From Octopus vulgaris (lineage: Eukaryota): a DNA stretch of 64,000 nucleotides. Numbering within the stretch: position 1 is the stretch's first letter; the number at the start of each line of letters is the position of its first letter. Below, one piece after another: positions 1-13,646 of the stretch. Below the pieces are notes generated by a model. That model searched no databases. It was not told where the DNA came from and saw nothing but the letters and a program-made list of their open reading frames with translations. Where the stretch lies: assembly GCA_951406725.2 (NCBI GenBank), contig OX597840.1, positions 20,584,001 through 20,648,000 on the forward strand, written 5' to 3'. A program made the position numbers and the translations under genes.

Positions 1-73
1 GAGAGAAAAAAATGTGTGTACTGGCTAACGATCTATCATGGCATACATACATATATATATACCCACATATCTT

Positions 74-187
<114 letters not shown>

Positions 188-207
188 GTATATGCATATA
201 TAAATGT

Positions 208-290
208 GAAGGCGCGTGGCTTAGTGCATTCGGCTCATGATCGTCAGGTCGTGAGTTCAATTCCCAGTGACGTATTGTGTCCTTGTGCAA
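208..290 (+). mobile_element. tRNA-headed SINE (family D), 5' fragment
   Basis: GGCGCGTGGCTTAGTG (A box), GAGTTCAATTCC (B box), then GTGTCCTTGTGCAAG; similar to the head at 50871. Confidence 0.6.
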
Positions 291-327
291 GGTTCCGAGA
301 GAAGTGAATTATAGATATATGTAATAA

Positions 328-440
328 TATTCGTCCTTCGGGTTCGAAGATGACCATTGACATCATTTGGTGGAATTGCTGCTATGAGACCGGAGGTGGC
401 TGGTGAGGCCAATCCGGGCAAGGAAGCCCCTCCCACAGTA
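328..440 (-). mobile_element. RTE-clade LINE 3' end
   Basis: Minus strand reads YCGRGFLARIGLTSHLRSHSSNSTK*, the C-terminal Cys/His motif of RTE ORFs, followed by an RTE-like 3' UTR (ATGGTCATCTTCGAACCCGAAGGACGAA). Confidence 0.7.
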
Positions 441-852
441 AGTAACAATCGATGGACAGATGTCAGTTCACTACAGCTCTTTCCAACGAATTTTTTAATT
501 GATCAATGACTATTTCAGATGAATACAGGAATTGTACAATCAGGGACATTAAAATTTTTTTTTAATCCACGGCATATACATATTTGGTGATTCCACGATC
601 GAATCGAAGCTTACCGCAGAGTAAGATGGATGCATGAATGGGTTCTACGGTAAGAATCGATCGTGGAATCACCAAATACGTATGTGTCGTGGATTTAAAA
701 ATGTTTTTAAATGTTCTTGATTGTACAGTGCATGTGTCCATCTGAAGAAAACAGTTTTTTATAATGATATTCATGTTACTCATTGATCAATTTTAAAAAA
801 TCGTTGGAAACGGCTGTAGTGAATCGATACCTGTCCATCGTTTGTTACTTAC
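438..852. mobile_element. Foldback/MITE-like element, palindromic over its whole length
   Basis: GTAAGTAACAATCGATGGACAG...TTGATCAATGA pairs with TCATTGATCAA...CTGTCCATCGTTTGTTACTTAC; inner ATTTGGTGATTCCACGATCGA pairs with TCGATCGTGGAATCACCAAAT. Confidence 0.75.
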
Positions 853-1043
853 ACACACACACACACGCACAGAGTGAGAGGAAGAAAAATATTTACATTC
901 GATCACTTAAACACAGACACACGCATCAACACATCATACCCCCCTTCACACACGTAGAAATCAATTTGTGATCGAACTTTGTATATTCATTTATCTCATA
1001 TATACTCCCCACGAGATAATACATAGATACATACCCCCACCCT

Positions 1044-1339
<296 letters not shown>

Positions 1340-1468
1340 GTCTGTATATCTATCTGTATATCTATCTAGCTGTGTACCTGTCTGTCTCTGTAAGCGTGTG
1401 GGTATTTGTAACAGTATGCTAACGTGCCTTTGTAGAGTACAGTGTAAGTGCATGCATGTATGTATGTG

Positions 1469-1500
<32 letters not shown>

Positions 1501-1949
1501 TGTATGTATGTATGTATGTATGTATGTATGTGTATGCGTGTACGTACGTGACGGGGTGTGGGGGTGAGTCGGACAATTTGATTTATTGTCCGGACTTTAA
1601 TCATTCGGTGTTAGATTCTTACAACACACACACACACACACCACTACTACCTCTCCCCCCATGGCCCTCCACCAATAAAGACAACAACAGCAACAACAAT
1701 AGTTACAAAAAATACACAGCAAGAAGCAGAACAAGTAAAAAAGAAGTAGAGAGAGAGAAAGGGGGAGAGAAAGAGAAGGAGAGAGCGAATGAGGGAGGGA
1801 GGGAGGGAACGGAAGAGAATATGGGCGACAACTAGAACAACAGCAACAACAAGAAAGATCGACAAAGAGGACGACAACGACAGCAACAAGAACAATAATA
1901 ATAATAAAGCGAAAACAAATGTATTAAAATGTCCCAAAATAACAGTGAA

Positions 1950-2144
1950 CAAGGAGGAGGAGGAGGAGGAGGAGGAGAAGAGGAAGTAGAAGAAGAGGAA
2001 TAATAATAATAATAATAATAAGAAGAAGAAGAAGAAGAAGAAGAAGAAAGCGGAGGAGGAGGAGGAGACGACGGAGGAGGAGGAGGAGGAGGAGAAGAAG
2101 AAGACGAAGGAGGAGGAGGAGAAGAAGGAGAAGAAAAAAAAAAA

Positions 2145-2176
<32 letters not shown>

Positions 2177-2236
2177 GGAGAAGAAGAAGAAGAAGAAGAA
2201 GAAGAAGGAGAATAATAATAATAATAATAATAATAA

Positions 2237-2267
<31 letters not shown>

Positions 2268-2342
2268 AAGAAGAAGAAGAAGAAGAAGAAGAAGAAGAAG
2301 AAGAAGAAGAAGAAGAAGGGGAGGAAGGAGAGAAAGAAGAAG
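1950..2342. repeat. Compound (GAG)n/(AAT)n/(AAG)n microsatellite
   Basis: Seen directly. Confidence 0.95.
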
Positions 2343-3489
2343 GTTACGAAGTGTTGTTTGAATGGGACGGCGCCAGTCGGGACTCCGTAGACCTTGTCAA
2401 CTCAACTAAATTAGACTGCTTGCCAAAAAATGGTTCTAGTTCTTGGTGATAGGGTACTGTGGACGTTTTATGTGTGTACGTGTACGTGTGTACGTGTGTG
2501 TGTGTGATGTAGTAAAAAGGTAAGGTGGGTAGGTGTGCGGGTGGTGAGCGGGTGGGTGTAAAACGTACGTGCTATACGCTTACATAAACATGTACGTATA
2601 TACAGATTATGTGTATATGTGTGTGTGAATGTGTGTATGTGTGTGTAAGTGTATTATGTATACACACACATACATGCATACACTCCCCCTCTCCCTATAT
2701 GTATATATATGTATATATATATATATGTTTGTATGTATATGTATATATATACATATGTATATGCATATATATATGTGTGTGTGTGTATATATATAGATAG
2801 ATAGATATATACATATATATGCATATAAATAAGTGTGTGTGTATATATATATATGTGTGTGTGTGTATGTACATGTATATATATGTGTGTGTGTGTGTGT
2901 TTGTGTGTATTCCACATTTGCGGTTTTGCGTACAAAACCGTTCACCGATTGAGTTACTCTTTCGCGGTTCGCAAATCCGCGAAGGTTAATGCGTAATTAT
3001 GGCTTTTATGTGCGTTTGTGTATTTACCTACCTTTTATCGTTTACTAATTTGAGTCATTGCACTATGGCCGCGGTGGGGCACCGCCTTAAAGGGGTTAAA
3101 ACAGCCTGGCACTTTTTCTGTCGGTTGCTTTTGTCGAATCGCTAAGTTATAATATATATATATTCTCGAACGGCGTTTTTCGGACGATTGCAGTCCCCGT
3201 TTGTACATATTATGTGCATTGTCTAAAGCACATGCGCGCGCGAACATAGGCACATACATATGCACAGACACACACACACGTACAGACCCCCCACACACAC
3301 ACACAGAGACACAGGTATGTATACCAGTGAGTGGACAAATGAAAACATGTGGCTTTCAACCCATTTGATTGGAGCTAGATGTTCGATTTCAATAACGGTT
3401 CGATTTGGCTCCCTGCAACTTAAAGTTTTTCTTGGGTTCGTCAAGGAATTTTTTAAACGCAGTATATTTATCCTGGTCAGGCAATTATT

Positions 3490-3715
3490 TTGAAAAATAA
3501 ACTACGATGGACAGTACGTATTTTCCGCATGGGTGATTTAGTGTACACCTAAACAATTATTCCAAGGAGGACTTGTTCAGAGAAAAGGGGACTGATGTAA
3601 GTTAAAGAAAATGTTCAAGGATGCATTGAAGGAGAACTTGAAGATTGTAGGAATCGATCTCGCAACGGTTCGCTCTACCTGGCATTCAATAATGTGGGAC
3701 GAAGTGAAACAGATA
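3490..3715 (+). mobile_element. Decayed RTE LINE ORF C-terminal fragment
   Basis: With stops/frameshift: LRWTVRIFRMGD..PKQLFQGGLVQRKG..KKMFKDALKENLKIVGID..RSTW, matching the RTE pattern LRWxGHVxRM..PKQLFYGEL..KRFKDxLKxxLK. Confidence 0.65.
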
Positions 3716-3717
3716 CC

Positions 3718-3830
3718 CCGAAGCATTTTGTCCCGTGTGGGCACCACTCGACAACTGCACGGGTCCACCGGTCGTCTGTGAACCTAGCGACATAACCGGT
3801 CCATCGTAGCCTTGCATGGTGGTATCTATT
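3718..3830 (-). mobile_element. RTE LINE fragment (second family)
   Basis: RLRWTGYVARFTDDRWTRAVVEWCP matches the RTE pattern WRWAGHVAR..DxRWT...EWxP. Confidence 0.7.
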
Positions 3831-3832
3831 CT

Positions 3833-4058
3833 GCGAGCTGGCAGAATCGTTAGCACGCCGGGCGAAATGCTTAGCAGTATTTCGTCTGCCGTTACGTTCT
3901 GAGTTCAAATTACGTCGAGGTCGACTTTGCCTTTCATCCTTTCGGGGTCGATAAATTAAGTCCTAGTTAACGCACTGGGGTCCATATAATCGACTTAAAC
4001 CGTTTGTCTGTCTTTGTTTGTCCCCTCTATGTTTAGCCCCTTGTGGGTAGTAAAGAAA
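3833..4058 (+). mobile_element. SINE-B (tRNA head, Meta-like central domain)
   Basis: GCGAGCTGGCAGAATCG..GAGTTCAAAT..GTCGACTTTGCCTTTCATCCTTTCGGGGTCGATAAATTAAG..CCCTTGTGGGTAGTAAAGAAA; multi-copy in window. Confidence 0.9.
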
Positions 4059-4082
4059 CATATTTATATGTATATATTATAG

Positions 4083-4311
4083 GGCGGCGAGCTGGCAGAA
4101 ACGTTAGCACGCCGGGCGAAATGCTTTGTGGTATTTCGTCTGCCGTTACGTTCTGAGTTCAAATTACGTCGAGGTCGACTTTGCCTTTCATCCTTTCGGG
4201 GTCGATTAAATAAGTACCAGTAACGCACTGGGGTTGATGTAATCGACTTAATACCGTTTGTCTGTCCTCCTCTCTGTGTTTTTAGCCCCTTGTGGGTAGT
4301 AAAGAAATAGG
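4083..4311 (+). mobile_element. SINE-B, tandem second copy
   Basis: Near-identical to 3833-4058, about 25 bp downstream. Confidence 0.9.
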
Positions 4312-4856
4312 TATTTATTCTGCGACGACATATTTTACTCCAGTTCTGTCCCCGATCTCCTCATCCCGGATCTGATCTCTTAGCGAGTTTCCCAACATTG
4401 ACCTTTAAAATGTTTCCTAAAGATAACACAATCATTAAATAATATAAGCCACATGCGAAGTGTGGGTTATGTATACTAAGGAAGGAGGTATAATGAGATA
4501 ATCTGACTCCCCCACGTAACAACTGCTGCACCACCGGCAATTTCTCATCCATTTCGACTGACAGACTCTTACGTTTTGAGTGTGAATTGTGTTCGCTGGC
4601 GAAGGACGCATAAAGAGTTGATGTGACCTTCCTCCTATAAATGCCGGCGGCGTATCGCAAGAGCAAAGTTTCATAAGATTCTGCTAATAGTCTGTGATAT
4701 TTTGGCTAATTTTCAATATTATATTAGTGACAACCATTATTATACCCTGCAGACTGAAGCTAATCCGATAGCGCACATCACTCATTCTGCGTCTGTGATG
4801 CGGTGGCATCAGACGCGGCCATGTTTTTCGCTAAGTCTCAAAATAGAATTAAAACA

Positions 4857-5630
4857 GTATGTATGTATGTATGTATGTATGTATGTGTGTATGTATGTAT
4901 GTATGTGTATGTATGTGTGTGTATGCATGTGTGTATGTATGTATGTATGTATGTATGTATGTATGTATGTATGTATGCATGTATGTGTGTATGTGTGTAT
5001 GTATGTATGTGTGTATGTATGTATGTATGTATGTATGTAATGTATGTATGTATGTATGTATGTATGTATGTATGTATGTATGTATGTATGTATGTATGTA
5101 TGTATGTATGTATGTATGTATGTATGTATGCATGTATGTATGTAAGTATGTATGTATGTATGTATGTATGTATGTATGTATGTATGTATGTATGTATGTA
5201 TGTGTGTGTATGCATGTGTGTGTATGTGCGTATGCATTTATATATGCATGTGTGTATGTATGTATGTATGTGTGTATGTATGCATATCTGTGTGTATATG
5301 TATGTGTATGTATGTGTGTAGGTATGTATGTATTTATGTATGTGTGTGTATATGTATGTGTATATATTATGTATCATGTATGTATGTGTATTATGGATGT
5401 GCATATGTATGTATGTGCGTATGTATGTGTGTATATGTGTATGTATGTGTGTATGCATGTATGTGTATGTGTGTATGTATGTATGTGTGTATGTATGTAT
5501 GTATGTGTGTATGTGTGAATGTATGTGTGTATGTGTGAATGTATGTGTGTATGTATGTGTGTATGCATATGCGTATGAATTTATGTATGTGTGTGTGTAT
5601 ATGTATGTATTATGTATTACGTATGTATTT
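4857..5630. repeat. (TATG)n microsatellite, degenerating 3'
   Basis: Seen directly. Confidence 0.95.
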
Positions 5631-6431
5631 GTGTATAACCACTTTTTTCCCCCGCGTATGTGTTTCAGCCCCAAGGCTGTGGACTGCGCATTCGTTCAAA
5701 GTGGGGCTCGAATCAAAGAATCAATGATTTCCTTCCTTTCAAATCAAAAGGGTAGCGTCGTCACACATATATATATTTTGGGGTAACTGGTTAAAAAAAG
5801 TTCCCCCATCATTGTCTTAAGTATACAAAACTTTATTGTCCATATACATGTCACGTGTCCTCCGTGAACTGGAGGCCAAATTTTTCTTTTTTTTCTTCTG
5901 TGATCTAACACTCGTTGAAGTTTAAAATATTGGATACAGAACAATGTAAAACGTCTAATTTATAGGTTTTGAACTTTGACCAGTGAAATGTTTTCAAGTA
6001 AGAATACTCACGAGGCGAGACTTATTTACATAATGGCTCCTTTGTTCTCCTGGTGATAATCGGATCCGTATTGGTGCAACCATGGTCTTCTGGTGATCTG
6101 ATGAGCTGGCTTCCGTTTATGAGCATTGGTTTGTGAATAGACATTTGTGTCGTATAAACCACTAGCATGCGTGTTAAGGCAAACAAACATGTAAGCATGA
6201 TTTTATTCCACGCCGAAATTATTACTACATGTGTGTTGCGAAACGGCTGTAACGCCATGGATGACAAGTGGTTAAATAAATATATTCACCTCTCATACCT
6301 CCAGACTTTTATGTACACACGCATACAGCCGTGCCCTCACACAGACATATACATCTATACACACACATATATATTTATGTATGTATATATATATATATAT
6401 ATATAGTAGTAGTAGTAGTAGTAGTAGCAGC

Positions 6432-6462
<31 letters not shown>

Positions 6463-6693
6463 ATAACAACAAGTGTCTTTATTTGGCTGCAGGGGACCAA
6501 GATATTGAGGACTACTTCAAAAGACGAATAAAAAAAGACATGAAGTATATATAATCAGGGCGTGTATTATTGGCATAGTGACCCTCCCACACACACGCAT
6601 GTACAGATACATACATATACATACGTATACATACATACATACATACATATATATATATATATATGTATATATACACAGACACAATATATACAA

Positions 6694-6743
<50 letters not shown>

Positions 6744-6994
6744 TCTAGGTCATTTACCACCCCTGGACAATAACCCCACCGCCAAGGACAATTACCCCTG
6801 AGGACAACAGATGACGATTTAAAACTTCTTAATATATTGGAGTGTGTGTATGTGTGTGTGTGTGTGTGTGTATAAGAACTTAGTGTGGACAAGGCTGCGT
6901 GGCGTTCGATTATAGACACATATGTACATATACACATATATTTACATATATAAAACACACATATATACATATATATATATGTTATGTACACACT

Positions 6995-7080
<86 letters not shown>

Positions 7081-7446
7081 CACACCCATCCCATTGCAGT
7101 CGAAACTGTACCGAAGCTGGTAAAAGGCTGAACCAGGTCGGAACAGCGATGCTTCTTTCTGCTGGAGCCGAGCGTTGTCTCTCTCGGGGTTTACAATTCC
7201 CCAAATTACTTCAGATCACAGCTAGTCATATTATTTTCTTATATAGACTTAATTAATTCATATACACTCGCTCATGTGTTATGAACTCTTTAGTAGTCTA
7301 CATAAACACGTTATCTATATCTATATCTAACACTCTCTCCTTATCTCCCTCTCTCTCTCCCCCCTCCCTCCCTTTCTCTTTATACACACACTCACATACA
7401 CACACACATACATGAGTATTTGTATCTAGGCTCTCATTTTATATAT

Positions 7447-7504
<58 letters not shown>

Positions 7505-7720
7505 TGTGTATGTGTGTGTCTAGATATATATATATGTCTGTATATATACATGTATATATATATATATGTGTATATATATATGTATATATATGTGTGTGTG
7601 TATACATATATGTATATATACATATACGCACATGAAATTATATGTACATATATATATATGTATATATATATGTGTATGTATACATATATGTATATATACA
7701 TATACACACATGTAATTATA

Positions 7721-7797
<77 letters not shown>

Positions 7798-7879
7798 ATA
7801 TATATATACACACTACACTATACACACATAAACACAAATCAAATACACGCCGAGTACGTACACATATAATGTGCGTATA

Positions 7880-7921
<42 letters not shown>

Positions 7922-8417
7922 AAATATAAATACAATGATAGGTCCATAAATAGTAGCTATTAAAAAAAAAATATGACATGGCGTCAAGCGGAAGTGAAAA
8001 TGTATGTACCACGTGTTTGTTATTAAAACCGAGTGTCGAAGGTGGCAGCGGTGGCGGTCGTGGTGTGGCGCTGGTGATGGCGATGGTGGAAGTGCCGGCT
8101 TTTAGTCACACAGCTCAGTCAAGTTTCTCTCGTCGTTTGCTTTATTAATTAGTTGTCGTCTGCTTGGCTCCATTTCCCCCTTTTACATTATTATTGTTGT
8201 TGTTGTTGTTGTTGGTTCGTCTCTTTCTTGGTCGATAGTCAAAAGTCAATGGGGTCTTTTCTCGTCTCATGATTTCTGCTTTCGTATCACCATTTGGCCT
8301 GTCTGTCTGCCTGTCCGTTTGTCTGTCTGTCCGTTTATCTGTTTGTCTGTCTGTCTGTCTGTTCGTCTCTCTGCCTGTGATGCCTGCTTGACTGAGCGTC
8401 TGTCTGTCTGTCGGTTT

Positions 8418-8647
8418 GGCGAGCTGGCAGAATCGTTAGCACGCCGGACGAAATGCGTAGCCGTATTTCGTCTGCCGTTACGTTCTGAGTTCAAATTCCG
8501 CCGAGGTGGACTTTGCCTTTCATCCCTTCGGGGTCGATAAATTAATTACCAGTTACGCACTGGGGTCTATATAATCGACTTAATCCGTTTGTCTGTCCTT
8601 GTTTGTGCCCTCTATGTTTAGCCCCTTGTGGGTAGTAAAGAAATAGG
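8418..8647 (+). mobile_element. SINE-B
   Basis: Full-length match to other copies. Confidence 0.9.
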
Positions 8648-8879
8648 TTTGTTGTTTCTCTGTCCGTTTGTCTACCTCTGTATTTGTCAGTAAGTCAGCC
8701 TGTCAGTTTGTCTGTTGCCTGTCTCTCTGCCTGCTTGTCTGTCTGTCAATTTGTCTACTTGTCTCTGTCTGTCTGTCTATCAGTCTGTCTATCTGTTCGT
8801 CTTCTTGCTTGAGTGAATAACCGCCAGTTTCTATGCATGGTCCAACACCAAGCCATCACAATGTTCAGTCCTTGTCGCA

Positions 8880-9085
8880 GTGTGGTCACCCGTATACCTG
8901 AATGATCTCTAGAGCCATGCCAGCAGAGCACAACAAGCTCCTGGTATACCACCCCACCCCGTTTCACCAAACTTGACAGATCAAAGGATAGGAAGGCCAG
9001 GCTGATATGAACCACCTCTTCTCACAGGTAAAAATGGGTTTGCGTAAGGCAAAGACCCGGACTTGGAAAATAAACAGTTACAGAA
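8880..9085 (+). mobile_element. Possible RTE-type 5' UTR remnant
   Basis: GCCATGCCAGC..CTCCTGGT..GACAGATCAAAGGATAGGAAGGCCAGGCTGA resembles RTE/Expander 5' UTRs from memory; not verified. Confidence 0.35.
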
Positions 9086-9104
9086 GCGACTTTATGGTGT
9101 AATA

Positions 9105-9265
9105 CAGTGGTTCCCAAAGTGGTTCCCTGGGGGCGGTGGAAAGTTCCAAGGGGCGTTGAAGAAAAGTGGGGGTGATAATGGGGGTAGCCAAAAGAGGGGC
9201 GACTGATGTAAAAGCAGTAAAATAATAGGTTAATAAGGTTAAGTTTTATTTGTGAAATGCAGTTG
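9105..9265 (+). mobile_element. hAT/Charlie-like left end
   Basis: Begins CAGTGGTTCCCAAAGTGG (Charlie-type TIR); no partner TIR found. Confidence 0.45.
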
Positions 9266-9720
9266 CTTTGAATTTGCTTCAGAAAGAGGGATGATGCGAG
9301 AGAGTCGAGGAGGAGTAAGAGAGAGAGAACGGTGAAGGGGGGAGGAGAAGAATAGGGAAGGGTGGGAGAGAGAACCAGAAAGGGTGAAGAACAAGAGAGG
9401 GAGAGAGATAGACAGAGGAGACGTCACTGACACGTGATCAGAACAAAAACGCAATAGAGGACAATAAAACATTGGGACAGATAGATGATACAAGGGCGGA
9501 GAGGAGAAACAGCAATTACAAAGACAGGCAAGAAAAGACGGGTCATTCGTGGTCTTCTTTTCTCAGTCAAGTTACCAGAAGTCTTTACTGTTTCGGGCAG
9601 TTACACTTGAGACAGTTCGATCTGGTTGCACCTCCCCACCCCTCCCGCAAAAGTCTAAGCTAAGAGCATTAGATTTTTTGTTGTAAGAAAGCTAGCGAAT
9701 GTGTACGGCAACAAAGACCT

Positions 9721-9800
<80 letters not shown>

Positions 9801-10184
9801 GTGTATATATATATATATATTTGTAGGTCTTTGTTGCCGTACACATTTGTGTGTGTGTGTATGTGTGTGTGTATGTGTGTCTCTGTGTGTATGTGTATGT
9901 GTGTGTGAACACTAAAACATAACCAACATTCGATTCGCGGTGTTTAATTGATCTGTAAAGATTGATCAATCTTAAATGAAAATCAATGAAAATCTATTCT
10001 CCTCGGCTGAACCGAAATAATGATGTCAAACGATGGCAAAAGTTCTCCAAAGTTTGCAGCGTAGGTGTTCCATCATTTAATTCCGGAATAGACAACGCGG
10101 AGTGCCTACACCGACGTTCTCCCAATGCTTCGCAGCAACCGCCTTGCTGAAACAAATTCGACCTCATCTGATTTGTATATAAAT

Positions 10185-10217
<33 letters not shown>

Positions 10218-10399
10218 CATATATACATATGTGTTTGTGAAAGTTTTGTATCTCTGCAGTAAGGCTTCATTTCCACACGCGACAGCTGAATTCAATTCGT
10301 CCCCAGTCGAAAGACACCTGTTGTTATGTCCTGTTATTATCATTATCATTATTATTATTATTATAATAATTATTATTATTATTATTATTGAATTTTTAA

Positions 10400-10698
10400 T
10401 TGTATTTTGTATTTATATTCGTCTATTTTTCCGTCCTTATTTTCGTATACATTCGATGCTTTCTTCCAAGGAATCTAATGCTCTTAGCTTAGTTTCTCCT
10501 TGCGGCTGGCCACATTGGAGCAATCTCAAGAATAATCAGCCGAAATTGCGAGGATGATCCGGTTCTTGACTGAGGATAAAAAGCTTCGAATGACCCGTCC
10601 TTGTTTTTTTTGTATCGTGTATCTGAATGTTTTGTTGTCCCTTTTTGTATCACCTAGCTGTCCGGATGTTTTGCGTTCTTCTCCCATTTTGTATTTTA

Positions 10699-10702
<4 letters not shown>
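10400..10702 (+). mobile_element. Family P (PLE-like terminus) ending in (TA)n
   Basis: Homologous to about 63110-63418 and 35647-35780. Confidence 0.7.
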
Positions 10703-10764
<62 letters not shown>

Positions 10765-10869
10765 CGGCGTATGTACACTTAGTTCTCATATATATATATA
10801 AGTTGTTCGAAAACAACAAGTCATCTAATTTGTATCTTTATATATATGAATATAAATCAGAATATATAT

Positions 10870-11172
10870 TCTTTTATTTGTTTTAGTCATTTGACTGCGG
10901 CCACGCTGGAGCACCGCTTTTAGTGAGCAAATCGGACCAAGTACCGCTAAGTTACGCTAAGATACAGGGACGTAAACACACTAACATCGGCTGTCGAGCG
11001 ATGTTGGGAGACCAAACACAGACACACACACACACACACACAAACATATATATACGACGGATTTCTTTTAGTTTCCGTCTACCAAATCCATTCACGAGGC
11101 TTTACTTGGCCCGAGGCTATAGCAGAAGACACTTGCCCAAGGTGCCACACAGTGGGACTGAACCTGGAACCA
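10870..11172 (-). mobile_element. SINE-A, internally deleted
   Basis: Match to full copies such as 31688-32095. Confidence 0.85.
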
Positions 11173-11271
11173 TATATATATATATATATATATACATATA
11201 TATGTATATATACATATATATATGTATATATAAATATATATATGTACGTATGTATGCATATATTTATATGT

Positions 11272-11478
11272 GTGTGTCTTTGTCCCCCAACATCGCTTAA
11301 CAACTGATGCTGGTGTGCTTACGTCCCCGTAGCTTAGCGGTTCGGCAAAGGAGACTGATAGAATAAGTACTAGACTTACAAAGAATAAGTGTCCTGGGGG
11401 GGCGATTTCTTAGACTAAAAATAACAACCCTTTAAGGCGGTGCTCCAGCATAGCCGCAGTCAAATGATTGAAACCAGT
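11272..11478 (+). mobile_element. SINE-A 3' module
   Basis: CAACATCGCTT..GCGGTTCGGCAAA..GGCGGTGCTCCAGCA..CAAATGATTGAAAC. Confidence 0.85.
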
Positions 11479-11999
11479 GCCAAAAAGAAGAAAACAATGG
11501 CATCGCTCTTTTGCAACTTTCGGTCAGGACGGGACAGAACCGCTGCTGCTGCGACTGCTACTACTACTACTACTACTGTAGTCATTCTGAGAATTTAATT
11601 ATTTCCAAACTGTAAACTCTCTGAGGACGCATAAAAATAAACAAACACACACACACACACACGGCCCGCCTTCCTTCCCATTCCCCACTCCCCAACAGAA
11701 ACATAAAACTCATTAAAACTCATTAGGGTTTTACGAGATAGTTTTTCAAATATTAAATATATTGTAAAAATTAAAATAATATTGTCGCGGTGAAAATGGC
11801 GGCGGCGGCGGCGATAAACGGTGGCATGGTGGTGGTGGTGGTGGTCGTGGTGGTGGTTGCGGTTGCGGGGGGGGGGGGGCGTATGTGTCGGTTTTGTTCA
11901 TTTTTACTCTAGAAAAAGCCTCAGATATATATATATATATATATATATCTCCGTCTCTCACTCTTCAATCTATCTATCTATCTACTTGTCTGTCTGCCC

Positions 12000-12257
<258 letters not shown>

Positions 12258-12619
12258 TGTATCTATCTATCTATCTATCTATCTATGCTTTTTAATCACT
12301 TGGGCAAGTGTCTTTATCTATAGCCCTGGGCCGACCAAAGAATTGTGAGTGGTAGACGGAAACAGAAAGAAGCCCTTCGTGTATATGCATGTATATATCA
12401 ATGCGTGTGTATGTATGTGATTGCGCGCGCGTGTGTGTGTGTGTGTGTGTGTGTGTAGTGTGTGTGTTTGTGTGTCTGTGTTTCTGTTGTGTTTGTCCCC
12501 AACTAATACTTGAGAACTGGCGCTGGTTTATTTATATCCCCATAACTGAACGGTTCTACTAAAGCGATGGATAGAAGCACCGAGCGTCAAAAGACTGGGG
12601 TCTTAGATCGACTTCAGCG

Positions 12620-12857
12620 ATATGTATAAAGAACTATACAAGGTTGGACCAAAGTCTACCCTCAGAAAATCAAAATGCCACAAATACTCTCTGTACTTCT
12701 GCATTGACTCGAATGGAAAAATGGAGTTCAGTTTGAAGAATTTTCATCATGTTTCATATTTCGATACTTTTATTAAATTCATTAAGTTGTTAAACATAAA
12801 TAAACCTTGGAATTAAATGGGTTTGATTTACTGTCAGGTGACTTTTGGCCAGCCCTG
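12620..12857 (+). mobile_element. Tc1/mariner right end
   Basis: LYFCIDSNG..QFE resembles the transposase C-terminus; ends GACTTTTGGCCAGCCCTG followed by TA. Confidence 0.5.
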
Positions 12858-12962
12858 TATGTATGTATGTATGTATGTATGAATGAATGAATGAATGCAT
12901 GTATAGATGTATGTGAATGTATACATACATACATACATACATATAACATACATACATGTATG

Positions 12963-13025
<63 letters not shown>

Positions 13026-13147
13026 TTAAATATTGGCTAAACTGGCAATATGACCATTCCGAAATATAACAATATATATATATACATATATACATACATA
13101 CATGCATACATACATACATATATATGTATATATATGTATATATATGT

Positions 13148-13361
13148 GGAGGCGCAATGGCCAAGTGGTTAGGGCAGCGGACTTGCGGTCGGAGGATCGC
13201 GGTTTCGATTCCCAGACCGGGCGTTGTGTGTGTTTATTGAGCGAAAACACCTAAAAGCTCCACGAGGCTCCGGCAGGGGATGGTGGTGATCCCTGCTGTA
13301 CTCTTTCACCACTAAAGGCGGTGCTCCAGCATGGCCGCAGTCAAATGACTGAAACAAGTAC

Positions 13362-13388
<27 letters not shown>
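13148..13388 (+). mobile_element. Chimeric SINE: family C tRNA head + SINE-A tail + poly(A)
   Basis: A box TGGCCAAGTGG, B box GGTTTCGATTCC; switches at about 13311 to ACTAAAGGCGGTGCTCCAGCATGGCCGCAGTCAAATGACTGAAACAAGTA; A-run 13362-13388. Confidence 0.8.
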
Positions 13389-13392
<4 letters not shown>

Positions 13393-13587
13393 TACATACA
13401 TGTATATGTAGTATATATATATATAGGCAGTTCAATTTGAAGACTCTACTAGAATGGACGAAAGCTCTAATTTATGATATATGATATATGATGTATAAAA
13501 ACATGTAACATACAAATAAATATCTGTAAATATAAAACCATCCCGATTTCTAAGTACCTCATTTCTTCTAATATACATGTATGTATG

Positions 13588-13643
<56 letters not shown>

Positions 13644-13646
<3 letters not shown>

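Noticed and set aside
13148-13215. tRNA gene
   Set aside because: Has A/B boxes but no proper acceptor stem and continues into SINE body; the same holds for the other SINE heads.
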